Assembly: GCA_951406725.2 (NCBI GenBank)
Contig: OX597832.1
Span: 49,662,001 to 49,726,000 of the forward strand
Direction of reading: 5' to 3'
Origin: Octopus vulgaris
Taxonomy: Eukaryota
Length of the DNA: 64,000 nucleotides
The notes under the pieces were generated by a model that saw only the letters and a program-made list of their open reading frames with translations, ran no database searches and was not told the origin of the DNA. This document shows positions 57,605 through 64,000 of the stretch, piece after piece (position 1 is the first letter of the stretch; every line of letters begins with the position of its first letter). The translations under genes were made by a program, and so were the position numbers.

Positions 57605-58324
57605 TACATACATACATCATACATACATCATACATACACATGCATGCTGATTGAAAAATATTAATAAATCATTTATTAATCATAATTTTTTTTCTCAAAT
57701 TTTCTGTTCGTTTTTTGTAGTTAGTTAGTTAGTTAATTTGGCTCAAAAGCAAATAGCAAGGCCATGTAGGGGGACATGGAGTTAAGTACAGGGTGGTGTT
57801 CATGTAAAGAGTTCAGGCCACTTGAGGTCCAGGGAGGCTTTGAACAAAGCGGTCATCGGCATCTTTACCATCTCGTCTGGCAGCTTGTTCCACGGATCCG
57901 CAACCCGGACGGAGAAAGCTCCTCTCCTTCGATTGAGATGAAATCGTCGCAGGTAGAGCTTTTCGGATTGACCCCGCAGCCGACGAGGCAAGTAACGGAA
58001 TACAGATGCTAAAAGTGTAGAGTCGTTAACAATGGGAGAGAAAGAAAAATAGTCGTTATTTCCAATGACTCACCTCCATCTCCAAAACATGGCACTGGAA
58101 GTTGGATACAAAATGTGGCGGCGCCCATATGTATTTCCACGGGAATTGCCAAGCCAGACATCATAACCAGCATCAGCTAAAATGAAGGCTGCATATAGAA
58201 AGGAAGAAGTATACCTGGGTAAAATATCAGTATGCATGCATGTATGTATGCAAGTTAGTGTATATACATATTATGCAAAAATATAATATATAAATATGTA
58301 CAAATATATATATATATATACAGT

Positions 58325-58358
<34 letters not shown>

Positions 58359-58545
58359 GTTAATCCAAACATGAAAGCACAAAAAACACAACGCGAGGAC
58401 GTGGAACAAATATAGTATTATTGGACGCTCAGGAAAGAAGGAGGGTTTAACGTTTTGAGCAGAGCTCTTCGTCAGAAACATAGGAGAAGGAAAGATCCAG
58501 AGAAGGGAAGACAGAGGGAAAAAAATCGCCAACAGTACACATGCG

Positions 58546-58584
<39 letters not shown>

Positions 58585-58913
58585 CACACACATATATATA
58601 TATATATACACATTTATATACATATACACATTTATACATATACAAATATATTTACATTTATGCATATATATACAGGGTGGGCCAATAGTCACCTGACAGT
58701 AAATCAAAAGCATTTAATTTCAAGATTAAAACAAAAAAATGATTTGATATGAGGACTTCGCTAATAAATAGAGAAATGTTGAAAAAAAAAACGGTGATTT
58801 TTAACTCACAGCATTTAATTATTAAACATTCATAATTGGAATGAATAAATAAAATTGAATATTAAGTAATTATGGAATTTTGATTTACTGCCAGGTGACT
58901 TTGTCTTACCTGG

Positions 58914-58946
<33 letters not shown>

Positions 58947-60596
58947 ATACATATATGTGTGTGTGTGTGTATATCATTTAATGAATTAAATGATGACATA
59001 TGCACACACACACACATATATATACAATCATATATGGCGTATCTGTGTGTGTGTGTGTGTATAGATTATATAATTTCAGGACAATACACTACTAATATTC
59101 TTTTCTACTCTAAGCACAAAGACCGAAATTTTTGGGGAGCGGGCCAGTCGATTAGATCGACCCTAGTACACAACTGGTACTTAATTTATCGACCCCGAAA
59201 GGATGAAAGGCAAAGCCTTCTTCAGCGGAATTTGAACTCAGAATGTAAAGACAGACGAAATTGCACTAAGCATTTTGCCCAGCATGCTAACGTTTCTTAT
59301 TTCTTTATTGCCCTCAAGGGGCTACACACAGAGGGGACAAACAAGGACAGACAAAGGGATTTCCTGTTTTCCTCACATACTGTTTTTCTCTGTTATCTTG
59401 GTACGGTACGGTGGATAAATTTAAGACTTTAGCTCTTATTTCTAGCAGATGGATGCTTGTTAAGCAGCCTTACGCTTCGTACAAATTTATAATTCATAGC
59501 TATTTAATGCTATTGCGCCTGCGATCCACCTATGTCACTGTTGGTGATATCATAAATTTTAAAATTTATTCACAGATGATATGAACAGTAGTGACATCTG
59601 ATTTCAAATCTCAGTGTTTGATTGTTTTGCTTATATATATATAAGTACATAAACATCGAAATAAATATCAAATGGGATAGCAATTGTGATACCTGTGCCG
59701 GTGGCACGTAAAAAGCACCATCTGAACGTGGCTGACGCCAGCGCCGCCTTGACTGGCTTCTGTGCCGGTGGCACGTAAAAAGCACCAACCGATCGTGGCT
59801 GCTGCCAGCCTCAAGGCACCTGTGTCAGTGGCACGTAAAAAGCACCCACTACATTCTCGGAGTGGTTGGCGTTAGGAAGGGCATCCAGCTGTAGAAACTC
59901 TGCCAGATCAGATTGGAGCCTGGTGCAGCCTTCTGGCTTCCCAGACCCCAGTTGAACTGTCGAACCCATGCTAGCATGGAGAGCGGACGCTAAATGATGA
60001 TGATGATGATGATGATGATGATATAAATAGATACCCATCATCATCATCATCATCATCATTTTAACATTCACTTTTCAAGGCTTGCACAGGTTAGATGGAA
60101 TTCATTGAAGCAGATTTTCTAAAGCTGGTTGCCCTTCCTGCTACCAACCTGCACTTATTTTGAAACAAGGTAAAATTTTTGTCCCTTGACCAGATATGGT
60201 TGCAAAGAAAATTGAACACAAATGGCACTGTTTGTATGGATTATGATTCTCAATTACAACTACTATAAGATGTATACTAGTTTACTATGTTACTGTTTGT
60301 GTGTGTATCTATGTATGTATATGTATCAGTGTGTGTGTGTGTGTATGTGTGTGTGCATGTATATATATATATGTGTGTGATTAAAGAACCATACCTAGAG
60401 ATTCATTTGCGAGATTTGTTAAGAAATTGGTCGAAGATCCCAGAACTCCATGTTGCAAGAATACGACTGGCCTGACTTTTTTCGTGTCCTGGTTTTTGAT
60501 TCCATGAGGAATTCTTTGCATTTCCAAATAGAAGCCATCTTCGGTGAGAACTGTGTGATCTTCACATGGATAACCTTTGCTTGTAATGAGCTGGCT
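47975..60596 (-). CDS. Acid lipase family gene (lysosomal acid lipase / gastric triacylglycerol lipase-like, alpha/beta hydrolase); 9 coding exons in window, N-terminal signal-peptide exon not found
   Basis: Exons 60596-60395, 58188-58074, 57473-57323, 56271-56185, 55275-55120, 52545-52474, 51165-51094, 48748-48662 and 48118-47975 are all flanked by AG/GT, phases are compatible, and they total 1086 nt = 361 aa + TGA. Motifs: [58 protein letters not shown]. Confidence 0.96.
48225..48652 (+). repeat. Trinucleotide repeats (GGT/AGT, GAA/GGA) filling the last lipase intron
   Basis: Direct inspection. Confidence 0.95.
48662..48748 (-). CDS. Acid lipase exon with catalytic Asp ([29 protein letters not shown])
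   Basis: ctcttggcag acceptor, AAG|gtttgg donor, 87 nt. Confidence 0.95.
49130..49645. mobile_element. Two SINE family B pieces fused in opposite orientation
   Basis: Minus 3' piece 49130-49272 joined to plus piece 49272-49645. Confidence 0.8.
50688..51047 (-). mobile_element. SINE family B, 5'-truncated
   Basis: Family consensus match. Confidence 0.87.
51094..51165 (-). CDS. Acid lipase exon ([24 protein letters not shown])
   Basis: aatttcag acceptor, CAC|gtaagt donor, 72 nt. Confidence 0.95.
51510..51617 (+). ncRNA. Non-circularly permuted hammerhead ribozyme candidate, copy 3 (unrelated primary sequence, in a lipase intron, antisense)
   Basis: Helix II GGGGCC/GGCCCC, helix III TGCCGT/ACGGCA, GTC triplet (C17 at 51563), helix I GAGAG/CTCTC, GAAA at 51578, CTGATGA at 51598. 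Confidence 0.8.
52474..52545 (-). CDS. Acid lipase exon ([24 protein letters not shown])
   Basis: cttttacag acceptor, CAG|gtaagg donor, 72 nt. Confidence 0.96.
52593..52925 (-). mobile_element. SINE family D
   Basis: (CAT)n tail, ggatgcccttcctaacgccaaccactcc. Confidence 0.8.
53292..53702 (-). mobile_element. SINE family B, full length
   Basis: Family consensus match. Confidence 0.9.
53817..53861 (+). ncRNA. Hammerhead-like motif with A9C (second copy 54430-54474 also has G12A)
   Basis: GGACCA-CTGATGC-G-GTCAC-AGGAGT-GTGAC-GAAA-GAAC-TC-TGGCC. Confidence 0.5.
54070..54114 (-). pseudogene. Partial duplicate (pseudo-exon) of lipase exon 56271-56185
   Basis: 43/45 nt identical to the exon 5' half ([15 protein letters not shown]); retains a ttctag acceptor, then diverges. 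Confidence 0.85.
55120..55275 (-). CDS. Acid lipase exon, cap/lid region ([13 protein letters not shown]...[13 protein letters not shown]...NQYMNS)
   Basis: ttacctgcag acceptor, TCG|gtaagt donor, 156 nt; C-x8-C pair typical of acid lipases. Confidence 0.94.
55350..56150 (+). repeat. 14-bp-unit minisatellite (CACACATATATACATG-like) and CA/TG-rich repeat in a lipase intron
   Basis: Direct inspection. Confidence 0.93.
56185..56271 (-). CDS. Acid lipase exon ([29 protein letters not shown])
   Basis: tacttgtag acceptor, AAG|gtaaga donor, 87 nt; ALGPV motif. Confidence 0.93.
56305..56615 (+). mobile_element. SINE family B, 5'-truncated
   Basis: Family consensus match. Confidence 0.87.
56715..56751 (+). 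ncRNA. Minimal type I hammerhead motif, same family as 10610
   Basis: GTTT-CCGACGA-A-GAGT-TCC-GCTC-GAAA-CG-TT-AAAC. Confidence 0.68.
57323..57473 (-). CDS. Acid lipase exon with catalytic Ser ([50 protein letters not shown])
   Basis: ctcctccag acceptor, AAG|gtttgt donor, 151 nt; visible in ORF 57296..57613. Confidence 0.96.
57717..57987 (-). mobile_element. CR1-clade LINE 3' end, same family as 23941-24532
   Basis: [36 protein letters not shown]; (TAAC)n tail. Confidence 0.9.
58074..58188 (-). CDS. Acid lipase exon ([39 protein letters not shown])
   Basis: tatatgcag acceptor, AG|gtgagt donor, 115 nt, phase 1 to 2. Confidence 0.96.
58445..58481 (-). ncRNA. Minimal hammerhead motif, probably inactive (G12A)
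   Basis: GTTT-CTGACGA-A-GAGC-TCT-GCTC-AAAA-CG-TT-AAAC. Confidence 0.6.
58673..58913. mobile_element. Tc1/mariner-type MITE
   Basis: Imperfect TIRs agtcacctgacagtaaatcaaaa / ttttgatttactgccaggtgact; TA flanks. Confidence 0.7.
59690..60020 (+). mobile_element. SINE family D with three tandem gtggcacgtaaaaagcacc modules
   Basis: Modules at ~59693, 59762 and 59822, then gttggcgttaggaagggcatcc and an (ATG)n tail. Confidence 0.82.
60395..60596 (-). CDS. Acid lipase exon ([32 protein letters not shown]...[23 protein letters not shown])
   Basis: ttattctcag acceptor, G|gtatgg donor, 202 nt; abhydro-lipase N-terminal region and oxyanion-hole HG. Confidence 0.95.
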
Positions 60597-60794
60597 CTGA
60601 GAATAAAAGAATAAAATATAACCTTCAATAAAAAGGAATTTTTGAGGACAATGTATGATGGCAGTAAGGGCAGAACACTAATTCACCTCCTCCACAAGTC
60701 TTGGAGTTATTGGCATGGCAAAAAGAAGGGACATAAATGCCATTATACCAGCTGTGGAGATGGCCACTAGGTGACTTTGGGCAGAAAGGGCAAA

Positions 60795-61027
60795 CCTATT
60801 TCTTTACTACCCATAAGGGGCTAAACACAGAGAGGACAAACAAGGACAGACAAACGGATTAAGTCGATTATATCAACCCCAGTGCGTAAATGGTACTTAA
60901 TTTATCGACCCCGAAAGGATGAAAGGCAAAGTCGACCTCGGCGGAATTTGAACTCAGAACGTAGCGGCAGACGAAATACCGCTAAGCATTTCGCCCGGCG
61001 TGCTAACATTTCTGCCAGCTTGCCACC
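60795..61027 (-). mobile_element. SINE family A
   Basis: Family consensus match (another copy at 59090-59357). Confidence 0.87.
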
Positions 61028-61992
61028 GCAGAAAGAGCAAACCAGTGGTTTGATGCAAGCTGGGATGCAAGCTGGGACTTGGTCTCAACCCTGGCTAGAT
61101 CAACTAGGTGAGAGAGGGAGGGAGAGAGATGGGGATTTGATGTTAAAAGAACCGCTGGATGGATTCAGATGAAACTTTCAGGGATGTTGGGCCTCATTAC
61201 TGCCACGAACTGATTAGATTTTGGGATCGATCCAGTACCGGACAAGGATTTGACCCTGTGGACCCAATCAGCCATGAATCTGGTGTTTCCAGATTTTCTG
61301 AGAATGGGCCGTTGTAGGTATCCAGGGATTCTTGAGGGACGCCCCCCCCTGCCCCATCTCAAGACTCCAGAAATTATCAATGCTGATGTATCTGCAGAGC
61401 ATCGGTGAGATGTATCTTGGAACTAAGTCAGTTGTTTTAATATTAAACAGAATCAGCTGTTTTGCATCATAGTCTAAGACCCTTTAGCATTTGAACCAAG
61501 CCATATCCAGACCAAATGTTCTACCTCGTTTTATGTTCAAACTGGCTGGATCCGGCCTCTCACACCTACCCTACAACATCATTCTAAAAAATAACAATTA
61601 CACCATCAAAATCTCGAAACTACAAATTGGTGGTGGTGGTGGTGGTGGTGGTGACGGAATCAAGAGGCCTAAGAGTGACAGAGAGATCAACCAACACTTG
61701 ACTTAGCCTTCACTTTATCGAGTCTATTCCACCTTCTGTGCCCTGCTGCCCTTAACAAGATCATAAAGCATGGCACAGATGCCGCAGACTAACCTTCGAC
61801 CCAGCGGGGCTAGACCGAACGGTCAGTAAAAGGCCGGACAGTATGATAATTTTCCTGTTCCTTGACAGTAGGCCCCCTCCACAGGGATGTCACATGTTGT
61901 GACAACTTCTTCAATGCCGACTTGATGTTGTCAGCTACCAGCCCCAAGCTTTGCTACTCGTCAGGCTGAGAAAAAAAAAAACTGTGCAGGTA

Positions 61993-62400
61993 TGCAGGAG
62001 TGGCTGTGTGGTAAGTAGCTTGCTTACCAACCACATAGTTCCGGGTTCAGTCCCACTGCGTGGCATCTTGGGCAAGTGTCTTCTGCTATAGTCTTGGGCC
62101 GACCAATGCCTTGTGAGTGGATTTGGTAGATGGAAACTGAAAGAAGCCTGTCATATATATGTATATATATATGTATGTGTGTGTATATGTTTGTGTGTCT
62201 GTGTTTGTCCCCCCCCTCCAACATCGCTTGACAACCGATGCTGGTGTGTTTACGTCCCCGTAACTTAGCGGTTCGGCAACAGAGATCGATAGAATAAGTA
62301 CTGGGCTTACAAAGAATAAGTCCCGGGGTCGATTTGCTCGAGTGAAGGTGGTGCTCCAGCATGGCCACAGTCAAATGACTGAAACAAGTAAATAGAGAAA
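61993..62400 (+). mobile_element. SINE family B, full length
   Basis: Family consensus match. Confidence 0.9.
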
Positions 62401-62615
62401 GAGTATCGGTCGCTTTCTGCCAGGTTTATGCTCGAACCTGTGGCGATTGAGAGACCTCCAGCACCCTTGGTCCCCAGACCATATCCCTGCTCAACACTAT
62501 CAGAGCAGAGATGGGTGTCAGAGTGGTTGTTCCAGTGCATCTCCCTCGCCATCCTCCTTTCCAGTTTCTCTGCTGGCGCCATGACAAATGTTTCTATATT
62601 ATGGGAGGCAATACT

Positions 62616-62910
62616 CTTACTCTCTCTTTTACTTGTTTCAGTCATTTGACGGCGGCCATGCTGGAGCACCGCTTTTAGTCGAATCATATCGACCCCAGGA
62701 CTTATTCTTTGTAAGCCTAGTACTTATTCTATTGGTCTCTTTTGCCGAACCGCTAAGGTACGGGGACGTAAACACACCAGCATCGGTTGTCAAGCGATGT
62801 TGGGGGGACAAACACAGATACACAACATATACACACACACATACACACACTCATATATATATATACATACATATATATATGAGACAAAAAGGATACCAAC
62901 AACAACAACA

Positions 62911-62991
<81 letters not shown>

Positions 62992-63155
62992 TATATACAT
63001 ATATACGACGGACTTCTTTCAGTTTCCGTCTTCCAAATCCACTCACAAGGCTTTGGTCGGCCCGAGGCTATAGTAGAAGACACTTGCCCAAGGGTGCCAC
63101 GCAGTGGGACTGAACCCGGAACCATGTGGTTGGTAAGCAAGCTACTTACCACACA
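62616..63155 (-). mobile_element. SINE family B
   Basis: Family consensus match. Confidence 0.9.
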
Positions 63156-63607
63156 TATTGCACGTCAAATTCTTCGTATCTGAGTAACGAGGGAATTCAA
63201 TTCAACCGCTGGAAACATTTCGGAAACATTTCATTAAACTTCATCGAACGGTGGAATTTACCGAGTTACCTCGCTTCCACGCTGTTAACTGAGTTATTTC
63301 CCCTTGTAATTCGGTAAAATCCTGAAACATTTATTCCAGTAAAAAGTGCGAGAATCCGAATAAAAGCGTTTCTATTCCTTCTTCAAAACGTCTGGCAGAT
63401 TTGAGTGTGAATGTCTGATCGTTGTTATTTTCCATCATTGGATAACATCGGTGAAAGGATGAATCACTTGTGTTATTGGACACACATCGTATACAGAAAA
63501 GCTTTCTCCCATGACAGAAAAAAAATCAGATATTAACAGTCGACTCTACTTAATTTGGAATTAATATTTTCAAGTGTGACTAAATAGATATTTTTTCGGG
63601 TGTTTTC

Positions 63608-64000
63608 GGTTTGAACGGCAGTTTTTAACATAATTTCTAGGTAACTAAAAAAATTTTAAACTTCGTATACTGGTGGAATGTGTTTATAAAACATCTTTTT
63701 CTCTTGGCTTTATTGAGAAAATTCTATACGTTTGTAAGATATTTGTTTTTTTCTTCAATTTCTGCAATTTCAACCAATCAATGACGTCTATTGAGGTGAA
63801 AATATTCTGTGCCGTATGAATATGTCCCTCGTTTAAGAAACAGATTGGGTTTATTTACATTTCTAAAGAAAAAAATATACCATTCCCCCACCCCTAACCC
63901 TAACCCTAAAACAGATTGAAATGCAATAGATCGATACTAGGGTTATAATTATGGGTGACAATTTCATATGACACCGCTAGAAAAAACTGCCGTTCAAACC
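63608..64000. mobile_element. MITE-like element with terminal inverted repeats
   Basis: ggtttgaacggcagttttt / aaaaactgccgttcaaacc; related internal fragment at ~35315-35468. Confidence 0.8.

Noticed and set aside
63890-63910. Telomere-like (CCCTAA)n
   Set aside because: Only about three units, internal to a MITE-like element.
60597-64000. First (signal peptide) exon of the lipase
   Set aside because: No open exon with a signal peptide or DPE-like motif and a phase-0 donor was found; it probably lies beyond the window.

Overview
AT-rich, very microsatellite- and transposon-dense animal genomic DNA. The SINE repertoire looks like Octopus (inference from remembered repeats, no search run). One well-supported protein-coding gene is present: an acid-lipase-family (LIPA/LIPF-like) gene on the minus strand, with 9 GT-AG exons between 60596 and 47975 that splice in frame to 361 aa with an intact Ser-Asp-His triad. 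Its first coding exon was not found in the window. The rest is tRNA-derived SINEs (at least 4 families), 3' fragments of RTE, CR1, R4/Dong, Tx1 and Penelope retroelements, Tc1/mariner relics, MITEs and simple repeats. Almost all ORFs in the supplied track are microsatellite or SINE artefacts. The most notable observation is RNA-level: three loci (35884-36023 +, 40822-40941 -, 51510-51617 +) carry all hammerhead-ribozyme core elements in a non-circularly permuted, pseudoknotted order, with the same accessory helices and multiple compensatory base changes. Six further minimal or variant hammerhead-like motifs also occur. A few minus-strand exon candidates of unknown genes lie at 16-30 kb. All structures and alignments were read by eye.
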